Source: an uncultured Pseudomonadota bacterium (GTDB taxonomy: Bacteria > Myxococcota_A > Polyangia > Fen-1088). From it: a DNA stretch of 64,000 bases. Below the pieces are notes generated by a model. The model was not told where the DNA came from and searched no databases. It saw nothing but the letters and a program-made list of their open reading frames with translations. Positions 13,068 through 23,673 of the stretch are shown piece after piece. How positions within the stretch are numbered: the stretch's first letter is position 1; the number at the start of each line of letters is the position of its first letter. A program made the translations under genes and the position numbers. The stretch spans positions 160,001 to 224,000 of the forward strand of contig CAWKBC010000017.1 in the NCBI GenBank assembly GCA_963847705.1. Direction: 5' to 3'.

Positions 13068-14723
13068 ATGAATCGCGCGTCGGCGTTCCCGCCTGCGTCC
13101 ACCCGAACGCGGGCGGCGGGCGCACGCGCGCTCAAGTTCACCGCGCTGGCGGCGCTCCTGCCCTCGATCTGGGCCTGCTCGCTCAGCCAGAACGGGGTCC
13201 TTCCCCCCTCCGACACGTTCTTCTATCCGACCAGCGGCGTGATGAGCCCGACCGATCCGGCCGGGCAGTGGCTCTACGTGGCCAACTCGAACGCCGACCT
13301 GCGCTTCAACGACGGGACGCTGGTCATGGTCGACGTCTCCAAGGCCTACGCCGATCGACACGGGACCGGCCAGCTGGCCACCTGGGGGGCCTGCCCGCAG
13401 GCGGACTACGTCAATCCGCTGTCCCGCAACCTCCCCCCGACCTGCTGCTGGGATCTGCTGGACTCCAACATCCTCAACTGCGACGAGCGCCTGTACGTCG
13501 AATCCGACGCCACGGTGCTCATCGGCAGCTTCGCCGCGCTGATGGTCTGGCAGTCGTCCTGCGACGATCCCTGCCTCAAGTATCACGGAGAGACGTGTGT
13601 GGCCGACCCCAACGGGGGGCGGATCCTGATCGGCGTCCGGGGCGACACCTCGCTCACCTACGTCGACGTCGCGCCGGTCGGATGGCCGGGCAATGCGGCG
13701 CCGCACCCGGTCTTTCACTGCACGGGTGACGTCCCGACGACCCCCATGGCCGAGTGCGATCAGAAGGTGGTCGACACCAGCTCCTCGTTGGCCATCGAAT
13801 CGGGTGACCCGCAGGCGCCGGCGACCACGCTCCCGGACGAGCCCTACGCGCTGGCGCTCGACGACGATCCGCAAACGGGCCGCGGCTATCTCTACGTCGG
13901 ACATCTGGTGGGGAGCACCTCGGTCCAGGACACCGGCGGCGTCTCGCTGTTCGACGTCTCCGGCACTGGCTTCATCACCGCCGGTGAGTTCCCGCCGGCC
14001 CCCAGGTTCATCGCGCCGTTCGGCAGCCCCTTCCCGCCCAGCAGCGGCGGGCTGTTTGGGGTGACCGCGCTCAGCCTGCACGAGCCGCTGGGCTCGGACC
14101 CGGATCCCACCAACCGGCAGCTCTTCGTCAGCTCGCGCTACACCCCGCTGGTGACCGCGATGGTGCCGCTCGGGCCGTCGATCTGCGCCGGCGACCAGAA
14201 CGACGACGTCCTCGTGCCGTCCGGCAACAACACCCTGAACTCGAATCTGGTCGGTTCGGAGATGCGCGGCGTGGCGTTCATCGACCCCCTGCCGGGAAGT
14301 CAGGTCGACTATGCCCAGCGGGCCTACGCGCTCCAGCGGGTGCCGCCCGATCTGGTCGGCTTCGACATCGCCAACGACGTGGCGGGCACCGCGGTCGCCA
14401 CGCCGACCGACGTGCTCGAGACCTGCTCGAGCCCGACCTTTCTCTACCAGCACGTGGCGAGCGCTGCCGAGGGCCCCCGTCTCTTCGTCAACTGCTTCGA
14501 CACCGGCGAGGTCTACGTCTTCGATCCGTCGGGCCCGACGCTGCTCACCACCTTCGGGGTCGGTCGCGGCCCGGCCGGGATGGTGTTCGATGCCGTGCGG
14601 CCGCTGGCCTACGTGCTCGACTTCACCCAGAACGACGTCTCGGTCGTCGATCTGGCGCCGGGGAGCCCGACGCAGTACCACGTGATTCAGCGGCTCGGAT
14701 TTCCCACGGTGACGCCACGATGA
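13068..14723 (+). CDS. Lipoprotein, probable YncE-like beta-propeller
   Basis: Lipobox IWAC; LYVANSNADL; C-terminal VGRGPAGMVFD...AYVLDFTQNDVSVVDL blade motif. Confidence 0.6.
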   Translation: MNRASAFPPASTRTRAAGARALKFTALAALLPSIWACSLSQNGVLPPSDTFFYPTSGVMSPTDPAGQWLYVANSNADLRFNDGTLVMVDVSKAYADRHGTGQLATWGACPQADYVNPLSRNLPPTCCWDLLDSNILNCDERLYVESDATVLIGSFAALMVWQSSCDDPCLKYHGETCVADPNGGRILIGVRGDTSLTYVDVAPVGWPGNAAPHPVFHCTGDVPTTPMAECDQKVVDTSSSLAIESGDPQAPATTLPDEPYALALDDDPQTGRGYLYVGHLVGSTSVQDTGGVSLFDVSGTGFITAGEFPPAPRFIAPFGSPFPPSSGGLFGVTALSLHEPLGSDPDPTNRQLFVSSRYTPLVTAMVPLGPSICAGDQNDDVLVPSGNNTLNSNLVGSEMRGVAFIDPLPGSQVDYAQRAYALQRVPPDLVGFDIANDVAGTAVATPTDVLETCSSPTFLYQHVASAAEGPRLFVNCFDTGEVYVFDPSGPTLLTTFGVGRGPAGMVFDAVRPLAYVLDFTQNDVSVVDLAPGSPTQYHVIQRLGFPTVTPR

Positions 14724-17700
14724 AGCGCTTCGGCCTGCTCGCGATCGCCACGGCGGCGGCCAGCTGCGGCCCGCCGACCAACCTGTTGCCGGTCAACGAT
14801 TTCGACCGGCCGACGGACGTCGCCTTCATGTGCTTCGGCGCGTTTCCGGAAGGGGGGGCCGACGGTGGCGTGACGGGCGCCAGCACCGGCACCCCGTTGA
14901 AGGTCTCCGGACGACCGATGCGGGCTTGCCACCCGCAGAACCAATACGATCCGGGCGCGACGCCGACGACCCGCACGTTCGCCTTCATGCCCAACAGCGC
15001 CGCCGGCACGCTGTCGGCGGTCGATGCCGATCACTGGAAGCTGGTCGACCTCAACCTCGACACGGCCGGCTACGGGACCGCTCCCCTCGGCCAGCTCCCC
15101 GAGCAGATCTCGGCCAGCGACGACGGTTGCCAGCTCATCTCGGCGAACCGCGGCTCTTGCGATCTGACCCTGGTCGATCCCTCGGTCCTGGTGGCGCCCA
15201 CCTTCAACGCCAACTACGGCAACGTCGATCTCACCAGCAACCCGTTGCGCACCGCCTCGCAGAACTTTCGTCCCATCAAGGGAGACGGGACGCTCTTGAC
15301 GGCCCCGCCGTACGAGGCGGTGTTCCTGCCCCAGGACACCAGCAGCCTGGTGACGGAGACGTCGACCAACCTGCCGATCCAGACCACGCAGACCCCGGTC
15401 TGCGGGGCCAGCGCGGCGGTCGATCCGGTCGGCTGGCCGGCCCAGCCGGCGCCGAAGTCCTGGTACGCGCTGGTGACCTACCCGTCGTGCGACCTCATCA
15501 CCCTGGTCGCGCTTCCGGGCGGGCAGATCGTGAGCGCCGCCTACGTGCGGCCCACGCTCGACAGCTACGGCAACAAGAGCGGCGTCACGCTGGTCGACGC
15601 CGGGACCTCTCCGGTCTGTTCGAGCGCACCCTGCGCCGGGCAGGCGCTTCCCCCGTCGACCGGTGTCACCTCGGACGCCGCTCTGACCATCGACGCGCAC
15701 GCGCCGACGCAGGCGGAGGCCGGAGTGTCCGACGGGGCCACGGCCGCCACCGACGCCGGAGGCGGCGCGGGTGGTGCGTCCGGCGCCCCCGGAGCGACCG
15801 GCCTGGGCGGGACCCCGGGTACAGGTGGAGCCCCGGGGGCGGCCGGAGCCGCCGGCGGCGCCGCCGCCGGAGCCACCGGCGGATCGCCGGGCGGGGCGTT
15901 GCTCGGGAACCAGTTCCCCGACGTCCCCTATTTCGGGCCGGGGCCGCTCAGCCCGAGCGGGATCGCCATCATCCCCGACGGCAGCCGGGCCTATGTCTCG
16001 CTCGCGGACGCGTCGTACGTCGTTTCAGTCGGTCTGACCAGCAAGGGGCTGACGCTGCCGGGGAACGGCATCTACCTGCACGAAGGGGCGCGCGGCTCGA
16101 GCCGGGTCCGCCTCAACGTCGACTGGAATCGGTACTTGACCAGCCCGGGCACCGCCGGTGTCTTCGTGGGCGCGCAGACCGCGACGGCGAACCCCGGGAC
16201 CACGCCCGACGCGAGCCGCGAATATCTGTACGTGATCGCGCGGGACGGGACGCTTCGGGTAATTCAGGTGCTGAATGCGGGCGCCGAGACCGAGTGCGAG
16301 ACCAACGCCGATCCTCAGAACCTCGCGCCCGGATTCTCGGCCGCGAGCCCCTGTATCCCCGTCGACCCGGCCCACCGCCGCCCGTTCAGCGTCGGCCCCG
16401 GCATTCATTTCCCCTCGTTGCCGATCGACGTCGCGGTCGCCGACATCGAGAACTCCCCCCCGGACAAGGGCGAGCAGTCGGTCAATGGCGCCTACGCCTG
16501 GGTGATCACCGACTCGGGCATCGTCTACCTGGTGAACCTCAATCCGGTCCTCCGCAACTACGGGGCGGTGGTGCCCACCGATCCGCCGCCCATGGCGCCG
16601 AACTATGCGGTCCTCTTCACGCCTCCCGGGGTGACCGAGTCGGAGCCCTTCGTGAACACCCTCCGCGACCGCAACGTGATCACCTACTCGCTGACGCTGG
16701 ATCCGAGCTCCGGGCCGCCGCGGGTCGACGTCTTGCCGAACCTTCCCGTGACCGGCCCGTACATCGAGCAGTTCTGGACCCAGGGTTCAATCTTCAACGC
16801 GACGGCGGTCAGCACCTCTTACGTGCAGACGGTGGCCTTCTTCCCGCAGGTCCCCAATCCGCCAAACTTCCAGGACCCCATCGATCGGCGTGCGATCACG
16901 GCCCAGACCTGGAACGTCGCCTGGGAGGGCGCCCTCTCTGGCGTCCGCAACAGCGGCCATCCATTGGCCAGTGAGCTCGGCCTGACGAACTTTCCCGGCA
17001 GCGGGGCGGGAGCGCTTCAGACCGATTCGCTGTTCCAGGACGGCGGCGTCAACTACTGCGCCACCGGCGTCGTCCCGGGCGATCTGGTGACGCTGACCGG
17101 TTGCACAGACAACACGCAGTGCGGTCTGGGCGAGGAGTGCGTGTTCGGCGACAGCGTCTCCTCGGCGGCGGCCGGGCTGACGGTCACCGGGATCTGCGTC
17201 GATCCCAACCGCTCGGAGGCGCAGACGGCGCTGTGCGCGAACTTCCTCGACAGCGTCCGTCGCTACGAGATCGAAGCCGCCTCTCCCACCAGCCTGATCA
17301 TCCGGCCGCACCTCGACGAGATCGTTCTGTCGTCGCTCAAGCCTTGTCAGCCTGCCACCTCGGCGGCACCGGACACCTGCCCCGACCTGGTGAACGATCT
17401 GACCTCCACCAACTTCAAGTGCGTGTCGAGCTACCCGGGCGGCGGGACCGGGAACCGTTGCCTCATGCCCTGCGCGTTGAGCAGCGACTGCCGCTCCGGC
17501 CGGCTGTGCGTCAACTTCGACACGGCCACCACGGTGCCGCCTTTCTGTGCGCGCAAGCCGGATGGTGGCACCTCCGACAGCGGGACGGCCGACGACTGTG
17601 CTTGCACCGGCCCGAACTGTTTCTGCGCCGACGCGCCGCCCTTCGACCACACCGGGAAGGCCTGCTTCGACCAGCTGGTGAACTACCAGGTCAACGCCGG

Positions 17701-18478
17701 CAAGACCTTCCTGGTGGCCGGCACACAGACCGGCGTGGTGGTCACCGCGGCGGTCCCGGGGAGCCCTGGCAATCCGGGCGCGACCTGCCTGCCCAACCCT
17801 GCGCCCGATCCGCGGTTCAGCTTCCGCATCCCGATGAACGGGCCGACCTGCAGCAACCCGCCCAGCGAGGTCGCGATGATCGACAGCCGTCTCGACCCGG
17901 ACTTCTATCCGACGATCGCCGCCCAGAATTCCACGCTGGTGAGCTTCGTCGCCTCGCCCCCGTCGCCCGCCGATCCCTGCCTTTACGTGGGTGGGCCAGC
18001 GGCCGGCGATCCGGTCACCGACCCGACGGCGCCCGTCGACCCGACGGCGCCCCCGCCCCCGAAGCACGTCAGGGCGCTGTTCCAGAATGCCCAGTTGAGC
18101 TTCGTTCTGGCCAACGTGGACCGGGCACCGAGCACCGAGTTCGTCACCAGCTTCGACGTTCACGGCGGGTTCGGCGCGCAGGTCGTCCAGGACCCGGTCA
18201 CCATCGAGGTCTCGATGCCCGCGCGCATCGTTCTCGGCCCCGTCGACTCGCTGGCGCAGGTGACGACCGGGATCGCGACGCCCACCTACGAGGTCCCTTA
18301 TCTCTTCGTCGTGGACCAGCATCGGCTCGGACGTGAGCAGGGCGGGGGGCCGACCCGCGGTCAGCTCCTGCGCATCAACCCGCTCGGCTACTCGGTGACC
18401 GTCGGATCCGCGCCGGTCGGCTATCAGCCGATCTTCGAGGATTACAACGCCACCGGCGGCCTCTTCCCGATCCAGTGA
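14720..18478 (+). CDS. Large Cys-rich lipoprotein (1252 aa), function unknown
   Basis: Lipobox AASC at residue 15; beta-strand repeats; Gly/Ala linker; many Cys; ATGA coupling to the upstream gene. Confidence 0.75.
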   Translation: MKRFGLLAIATAAASCGPPTNLLPVNDFDRPTDVAFMCFGAFPEGGADGGVTGASTGTPLKVSGRPMRACHPQNQYDPGATPTTRTFAFMPNSAAGTLSAVDADHWKLVDLNLDTAGYGTAPLGQLPEQISASDDGCQLISANRGSCDLTLVDPSVLVAPTFNANYGNVDLTSNPLRTASQNFRPIKGDGTLLTAPPYEAVFLPQDTSSLVTETSTNLPIQTTQTPVCGASAAVDPVGWPAQPAPKSWYALVTYPSCDLITLVALPGGQIVSAAYVRPTLDSYGNKSGVTLVDAGTSPVCSSAPCAGQALPPSTGVTSDAALTIDAHAPTQAEAGVSDGATAATDAGGGAGGASGAPGATGLGGTPGTGGAPGAAGAAGGAAAGATGGSPGGALLGNQFPDVPYFGPGPLSPSGIAIIPDGSRAYVSLADASYVVSVGLTSKGLTLPGNGIYLHEGARGSSRVRLNVDWNRYLTSPGTAGVFVGAQTATANPGTTPDASREYLYVIARDGTLRVIQVLNAGAETECETNADPQNLAPGFSAASPCIPVDPAHRRPFSVGPGIHFPSLPIDVAVADIENSPPDKGEQSVNGAYAWVITDSGIVYLVNLNPVLRNYGAVVPTDPPPMAPNYAVLFTPPGVTESEPFVNTLRDRNVITYSLTLDPSSGPPRVDVLPNLPVTGPYIEQFWTQGSIFNATAVSTSYVQTVAFFPQVPNPPNFQDPIDRRAITAQTWNVAWEGALSGVRNSGHPLASELGLTNFPGSGAGALQTDSLFQDGGVNYCATGVVPGDLVTLTGCTDNTQCGLGEECVFGDSVSSAAAGLTVTGICVDPNRSEAQTALCANFLDSVRRYEIEAASPTSLIIRPHLDEIVLSSLKPCQPATSAAPDTCPDLVNDLTSTNFKCVSSYPGGGTGNRCLMPCALSSDCRSGRLCVNFDTATTVPPFCARKPDGGTSDSGTADDCACTGPNCFCADAPPFDHTGKACFDQLVNYQVNAGKTFLVAGTQTGVVVTAAVPGSPGNPGATCLPNPAPDPRFSFRIPMNGPTCSNPPSEVAMIDSRLDPDFYPTIAAQNSTLVSFVASPPSPADPCLYVGGPAAGDPVTDPTAPVDPTAPPPPKHVRALFQNAQLSFVLANVDRAPSTEFVTSFDVHGGFGAQVVQDPVTIEVSMPARIVLGPVDSLAQVTTGIATPTYEVPYLFVVDQHRLGREQGGGPTRGQLLRINPLGYSVTVGSAPVGYQPIFEDYNATGGLFPIQ

Positions 18479-18554
18479 GCCAGGGCGGCTGGCGGGCGAC
18501 CGCCGAACCACGGGAACTTGACGCGGACCAGGTGCGCGTAGAAACTACATGTAG

Positions 18555-20354
18555 GTGAGCAACGTGCGGCAGTTCAGTGCCCGTGAAACCGTTCGGGAAA
18601 TTCTGGTCCGGACGGTCAACGAGCTCGCGCGCGAGGGGTTCGTGGCCGCCGTGACCGGCGATTCCGTGTCGGTCGATCGCACCAGGCGCCCGGAGCATGG
18701 CGACTTCGCGTCCAACGTGGCGCTGACGCTGGCGAAGCCAGCCGGGAAACAGCCGCGCGCGGTCGCCGAGGCGATCGTGGCCCGGTTGCCGCTCGGCGGG
18801 CAGTCGCCGCTCGCCGAGGCGACGGTCGCTGGGCCGGGGTTCATCAACCTGCGGCTCGCTCCGGTGTTCTGGCAGGCGGCGCTCGGCGAGATGCTGGCGG
18901 CCGGCGCCGACTGGGGGCGAGGCGCGCCGCGCCCGTCGCCGAAGGTGCTGCTGGAGTACCTGTCGTCGAACCCGACCGGACCGATCACGGTGGCGCACGG
19001 CCGGGTGGCCGCCGTCGGCGACGCGCTGACGCGGCTGATGCGCTTCGCCGGTTACGCGGTGACGCCCGAGTTCTACATCAACGACGCCGGCAACCAGGTC
19101 CAGACCCTGGCGCTGTCGACCTGGGTCCGTTACATGGACAGCGCGCGGGCGGCCGACCCGAGCGTCCCCGAGGTGGCGTTCCCGGAGAACGGCTACAAGG
19201 GGGCCTACATCCGCGACTTTGGCCGGGCGCTCTACGAACGCGACGGCGCGCGCTGGGTCGGCGCCACGCCGCCGACGGGCGCCGACCTGGAGGCGATCCA
19301 GAGCTTCGCCATCGCGGCGTCGCTCGGCATCATTCGCGCCACGATGGAGCGCTTCGGGGTGACGTTCGATGTGTGGCAGAGCGAGCGCGAGCTGCACCGC
19401 TCGGGCGAGGTGACCGCCACGCTGGCCGGCCTGGAGGCCGCCGGTTTCATCGACCGCCACGACGGCGCCGTCTGGCTGAAGACGACCGCGCTCTGGGGCG
19501 ACGACAAGGATCGCGTGGTGATGAAGTCGGACGGGCTGCCGACCTATCTGCTGGCCGACATCGCCTACCACCTGAAGAAGCTGGCCCGCGGCTACGACGA
19601 GCTGTGCGACATCTGGGGCGCCGACCACCACGGCTACATCCCGCGCATGCAGGCCGCGCTGAAGGCCTTCGGCCACGATCCGGGCGTGCTGCGGGTGATC
19701 CTCATCCAGATCGTCAGCCTGTTGCGCGACGGGCAGCCGGTGGCGATGGGGAAGCGAGAAGGGGAGTTCGTGACGCTCGACGAGGTGATCGCCGAGGTCG
19801 GCCGCGACGCGACCCGGTTCTTCTACCTGATGCGTCGCCACGACACGGCGCTGGAGTTCGACCTCGAGCTGGCCAAGAAGCAGTCGATGGACAACCCCGT
19901 CTACTACGTCCAGTACGGGCACGCGCGCTGCGCCGCCATCATCCGGCGGGCGGGTGAGCTGGGAGCCGAGCGGCCGGCGTTCTCGCCCGAGCTGGCGGCG
20001 GAGCTGACCCTCCCCGAGGAGCTGGCCCTCCTGCGCCGCCTGGCGGAGTTCCCCGACTTCGTGGCCGACGCCGCCGCGGCGCGTGAGCCGAACCGGCTGA
20101 CCACCTACCTGATGGAGCTGGCGGGCGAGTTCCAGAGCTACTACACGCAGCTGCAGAAGGTCCACGGCGACACGATCCTCCCCCAGGAGCGCCAACGGAC
20201 CGGCGATTGGCGGGCGACCTGGAACTGGCGGAAGACGGCCGCCCGGCTCTACTGGGTCGACGCCATCGCCCAGGTGATTCGCACCGGGCTCTACCTCCTG
20301 GGCGTCTCGGCGCCCGAGACGATGGCCAAAACAACGAAAGAAGACGATTCATGA
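18555..20354 (+). CDS. argS: Arginine-tRNA ligase
   Basis: HGDFASNVAL, SSNPTGPITVAHGR (HIGH variant), WGADHHGY, NPVYYVQYGHAR. Confidence 0.96.
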   Translation: MSNVRQFSARETVREILVRTVNELAREGFVAAVTGDSVSVDRTRRPEHGDFASNVALTLAKPAGKQPRAVAEAIVARLPLGGQSPLAEATVAGPGFINLRLAPVFWQAALGEMLAAGADWGRGAPRPSPKVLLEYLSSNPTGPITVAHGRVAAVGDALTRLMRFAGYAVTPEFYINDAGNQVQTLALSTWVRYMDSARAADPSVPEVAFPENGYKGAYIRDFGRALYERDGARWVGATPPTGADLEAIQSFAIAASLGIIRATMERFGVTFDVWQSERELHRSGEVTATLAGLEAAGFIDRHDGAVWLKTTALWGDDKDRVVMKSDGLPTYLLADIAYHLKKLARGYDELCDIWGADHHGYIPRMQAALKAFGHDPGVLRVILIQIVSLLRDGQPVAMGKREGEFVTLDEVIAEVGRDATRFFYLMRRHDTALEFDLELAKKQSMDNPVYYVQYGHARCAAIIRRAGELGAERPAFSPELAAELTLPEELALLRRLAEFPDFVADAAAAREPNRLTTYLMELAGEFQSYYTQLQKVHGDTILPQERQRTGDWRATWNWRKTAARLYWVDAIAQVIRTGLYLLGVSAPETMAKTTKEDDS

Positions 20355-21112
20355 GCCTGCGATACACTGCAGTGGCCAGCATGGATGGATCCTCGCTCGA
20401 AGACGCCGACCAGAACGTCGAGCGGTGGCGCGAGAAGATCGAGGTCAAGCTCGACAACCGCCAGGTCTTCTTCCTGTTCTTCGGCAGCGCCGTCGTCGCC
20501 TGCATGCTGTTCGTCCTCGGCGTGATGGTCGGCAAGCGGATCGAGTCGCGCGGCCAGGCCGACGCGCCGGTGTTGCAGGACCCGCTGGCGGCGCTCGATC
20601 GCGCCCACCAGCCACCGCCCGGCGTCGCCGCGCCCGATCCGCAGCTCACCTTCCCGAGCACGCTCGGGCTCGGGGGAGCGCCCAAGACGAAGGCAGGCCC
20701 GCACGCCCTCTCGTCCCTGCCAAAGGTCCTGCCGAAGGCTCCGGCGGCGCCGAGGATTGCGCCTGCGCCGAAGCCCATCGCCCTGGCCAAGCCGATTCCC
20801 GCGCCGAAGCCGAGCGCCGCCGCCCGGCCGATCGCGGCCGCCAAGCCGGCGCCGGCCGTTGCGCCGGCGGTCGATCCGGCCAAGGCGAAAGGGAAGTACA
20901 CGCTGCAGCTGAGCACCGTCACGACCTCGGCCGACGCCGATGCCCTCGTGCAGAAGTACCCGGGCGCGTTCGTCATCGCGGCCGACGTCCCCGGCAAGGG
21001 GATGGTCTACCGGGTCCGCCTCGGCAACTACGGCTCCTACAAGGATGCGGTGGCCGCCAAGGAGAGCTTCGAGAAGCAACACAGCACGATCGCGCTCATC
21101 GCCGCGCGATAA
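20351..21112 (+). CDS. SPOR-domain membrane protein (FtsN/DedD-like); start may be 20381
   Basis: One TM helix, Pro/Ala linker, C-terminal YTLQL...YRVRLGNY SPOR domain; follows argS. Confidence 0.85.
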   Translation: MSLRYTAVASMDGSSLEDADQNVERWREKIEVKLDNRQVFFLFFGSAVVACMLFVLGVMVGKRIESRGQADAPVLQDPLAALDRAHQPPPGVAAPDPQLTFPSTLGLGGAPKTKAGPHALSSLPKVLPKAPAAPRIAPAPKPIALAKPIPAPKPSAAARPIAAAKPAPAVAPAVDPAKAKGKYTLQLSTVTTSADADALVQKYPGAFVIAADVPGKGMVYRVRLGNYGSYKDAVAAKESFEKQHSTIALIAAR

Positions 21113-21154
21113 CGGGCGAGCGCCGCCGGGCGGAGCCTGTCGACGCTCGCGCGA

Positions 21155-23650
21155 CTACTGGCGCAGCAGCGCCGCCTTCAGCTTCTCATCGTGGTGGCGG
21201 GTGGCGTCGATGGTCAGATCGGGCTTGAGGTCGATGTCGACCGTGATGATCTTCCCGGTGAAGTCAGCCAGCGGTGGGTACTCCGGGGTGACCGGCGCCC
21301 CCTTGTCGCAGCCGACGTCGAAGGTCTCGTCGAGCGAATAACCGAAGGCGGAGGTCCGGGGGATCTCCGCCTCGGCCACCTTGTCGCCGTCGACGAAGAG
21401 GCGGCCGATGCCGCCCGCTCCGAACTTCTCGCTGCCGCGCTTCTCGAACTCGTAGCGGATGATGTGCTTGCCCGGCTCGACGGTCTCGTCGGCGCGGATG
21501 TACGTCAGCTGCACGGCGCCGAGGTTGTAGCAGAACGTCGGTTTGCCCGCGTTCAGGTAGAGCGACCAGCCGTTGGTGTCGCCCCCCATGACCAGGATGG
21601 GACCGCTGGCGCCGCCGGCCGGGATCTCCACCTCGGCGTCGACCGACCAGGAGCGGTTCATGGTGTTGGGCGCCGCGTGCTCGGGGACGCGGATGGCGCC
21701 GGGCAGGAAACGGAACTTGGTCCGCGTCTGCAGCCCCTCGCGCGCCAGGCCCCGCTCCTGGAAGCGGTCGTCGAGCGGCAGCACGTTGTGCCGTCCCGCC
21801 TCCGCCCACCAGAGGCCCACGAGCTCGATCAGCTTCTTCACCATCGGATCGTCGAGGTTGGTGACGTTGCGCCCCGCCATCAGATCGTGGCACTCGCTGG
21901 GGTCCTTCTCGAGGTCGTAGAGCTCCCAGCGATCGTCGTCGAAGCCCCAGGCGGCGCGGTTCTCCCAGGGCTTGCGGCCGTGGAAGGTGACCGCCTTCCA
22001 TTTGCCATCGACGATGGCGCGGTTGCCCAGCATCTCGAAGTACTGCGTCGGGTGGTTGGTCGGCGCGTCGGGGGCGTCGAAGGAGTAGTTCATCGGGACC
22101 CCCTCGAGCAGCGCCTGCTGCACGCCGTTGATCGTGCCCGGGCGCTCGATGCCGATCGCCGCCAGGATGGTGGGGACGATGTCGATGACGTGGTGAAACT
22201 GCTCGCGCAGCTCCCCCTTGGCCTTGATGCCCTTCGGCCAGTGGACGACCAGCGGGTTCCGCGTCCCCCCGAAGTGGGTGTACTGCTTGCAAAGCTTGAA
22301 CGGCGTGTTGCCGGCCAGCGCCCAGCCGATCGGGTAGTGGTTGTAAGAGCCGGGCTGCCCGAGCTTGTCGATGTTGGCGAGGTTCTGCGTCTGGTCCTCC
22401 GGGACGTCGGCCGCCAGCGACATCTCGTTGAACACGCCGTTGAGCGTCCCTTCGCCCGACGAGCCGTTGTCGCCGACGAAGACGCAGCAGAGCGTGTTGT
22501 CGAGGTTGCCGCTCTGCTCGAGGAAGTCGATGAGCCGGCCGATCTGCTGATCGGCGTGCGACAGGAAGCCGGCGTAGACCTCGGCCATGCGCGCGAAGAG
22601 GCGCTTGTCGTCGGCGGAGAGCGTGTCCCACTTCTGTACCCCTTCGAGCATGGGCGCCAGCTCCGCCTCCGGCGGGACCACGCCCATCTCCTTTTGCCGC
22701 GCCAGCACGATCTCGCGGTACTTGTCCCAGCCCATGTCGAACTTCCCTTTGTACCTGGCGATCCATTCGGGCGCGACGTGGTGCGGGGCGTGGCAGGCGG
22801 CGAAGGCGAAGTAGCAGAGCCAGGGCTTGTCGGGCGCCACCGACTCGTGGTTTGACAGAAACGGGATCGCGCGGTCGGTGATGTCCTCGGAGAAGTGGTA
22901 GCCCTCCTCGGGGAGGCGCGGCTGGTCGATCGGTTCTTGATCGAGGTAGAGCTTCGGGTACCACTGACTGCTGTCGCCGCCGAAGAAGCCGTAGAACCGA
23001 TCGAACCCGAACACCGGCCCGGTCGGCCAGCGGTCGTAGGGGCCGGCGATGCTGGTCTCCTCGGAGGGGGTGTTGTGCCACTTGCCGAGCGCGAACGAGG
23101 TGTAGCCGTGCTCGTGCAGCATGGCGGCGATGGCCGCCTTGTCCTGGGGCTGGCGGCCGTTGTAGCCGGGGAAGCCGCTGGCCAGCTCGGTGATGTTGGC
23201 CATCCCGACCGAGTGGTGGTTGCGGCCGGTCAGCAAGCAGGCGCGCGTCGGCGAGCAGAGCGCCGTGGTGTGATGGTTGACGTAGGAGAGGCCGCCCTTG
23301 GCCAGCCGGGTGATGTTGGGCGTTTCGACGAGACCGCCGAAGGTGTCGGCCCAGCCGAACCCCACGTCGTCGAGCACGATGTAGAGGATGTTGGGCGCGC
23401 CGGGAGGCGCCTCGCGCGGCACAGGAAAGGCCGGCTCCGAGACGTCCCAGGTGCGGCCGATGCGCCCGGGGAACGGCTCCCCCTCATGGTAGGTCTTGAC
23501 CGCGGCGGGCTCGGGCGGTGCCGCCTTGCCGTTGCTGCCGTTGGTCTTGCCGCCGTTGGTCTTGCCGTTGCCGTCGTTGGTCTGGCCCGCGGGTCGGGCC
23601 TGGGGGCCGCCGCTTCCCGGGGTGCCTGGGGGCTTGCCTGGCTTGCTCAT
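21155..23650 (-). CDS. Arylsulfatase (Cys-type)
   Basis: PNILYIVLDDVG, CSPTRACLLTGR, GKWH, GDNG motifs; C-terminal LamG-like region. Confidence 0.93.
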   Translation of the reverse strand: MSKPGKPPGTPGSGGPQARPAGQTNDGNGKTNGGKTNGSNGKAAPPEPAAVKTYHEGEPFPGRIGRTWDVSEPAFPVPREAPPGAPNILYIVLDDVGFGWADTFGGLVETPNITRLAKGGLSYVNHHTTALCSPTRACLLTGRNHHSVGMANITELASGFPGYNGRQPQDKAAIAAMLHEHGYTSFALGKWHNTPSEETSIAGPYDRWPTGPVFGFDRFYGFFGGDSSQWYPKLYLDQEPIDQPRLPEEGYHFSEDITDRAIPFLSNHESVAPDKPWLCYFAFAACHAPHHVAPEWIARYKGKFDMGWDKYREIVLARQKEMGVVPPEAELAPMLEGVQKWDTLSADDKRLFARMAEVYAGFLSHADQQIGRLIDFLEQSGNLDNTLCCVFVGDNGSSGEGTLNGVFNEMSLAADVPEDQTQNLANIDKLGQPGSYNHYPIGWALAGNTPFKLCKQYTHFGGTRNPLVVHWPKGIKAKGELREQFHHVIDIVPTILAAIGIERPGTINGVQQALLEGVPMNYSFDAPDAPTNHPTQYFEMLGNRAIVDGKWKAVTFHGRKPWENRAAWGFDDDRWELYDLEKDPSECHDLMAGRNVTNLDDPMVKKLIELVGLWWAEAGRHNVLPLDDRFQERGLAREGLQTRTKFRFLPGAIRVPEHAAPNTMNRSWSVDAEVEIPAGGASGPILVMGGDTNGWSLYLNAGKPTFCYNLGAVQLTYIRADETVEPGKHIIRYEFEKRGSEKFGAGGIGRLFVDGDKVAEAEIPRTSAFGYSLDETFDVGCDKGAPVTPEYPPLADFTGKIITVDIDLKPDLTIDATRHHDEKLKAALLRQ

Positions 23651-23673
23651 CGGCCGCTCCTTTCGTTCTGGGC

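Noticed and set aside
18545-18554. CTACATGTAG palindrome before argS (similar ATACATGTAG at 55316) as an NrdR box
   Set aside because: Single short copies, not upstream of nrd genes; too weak to call.
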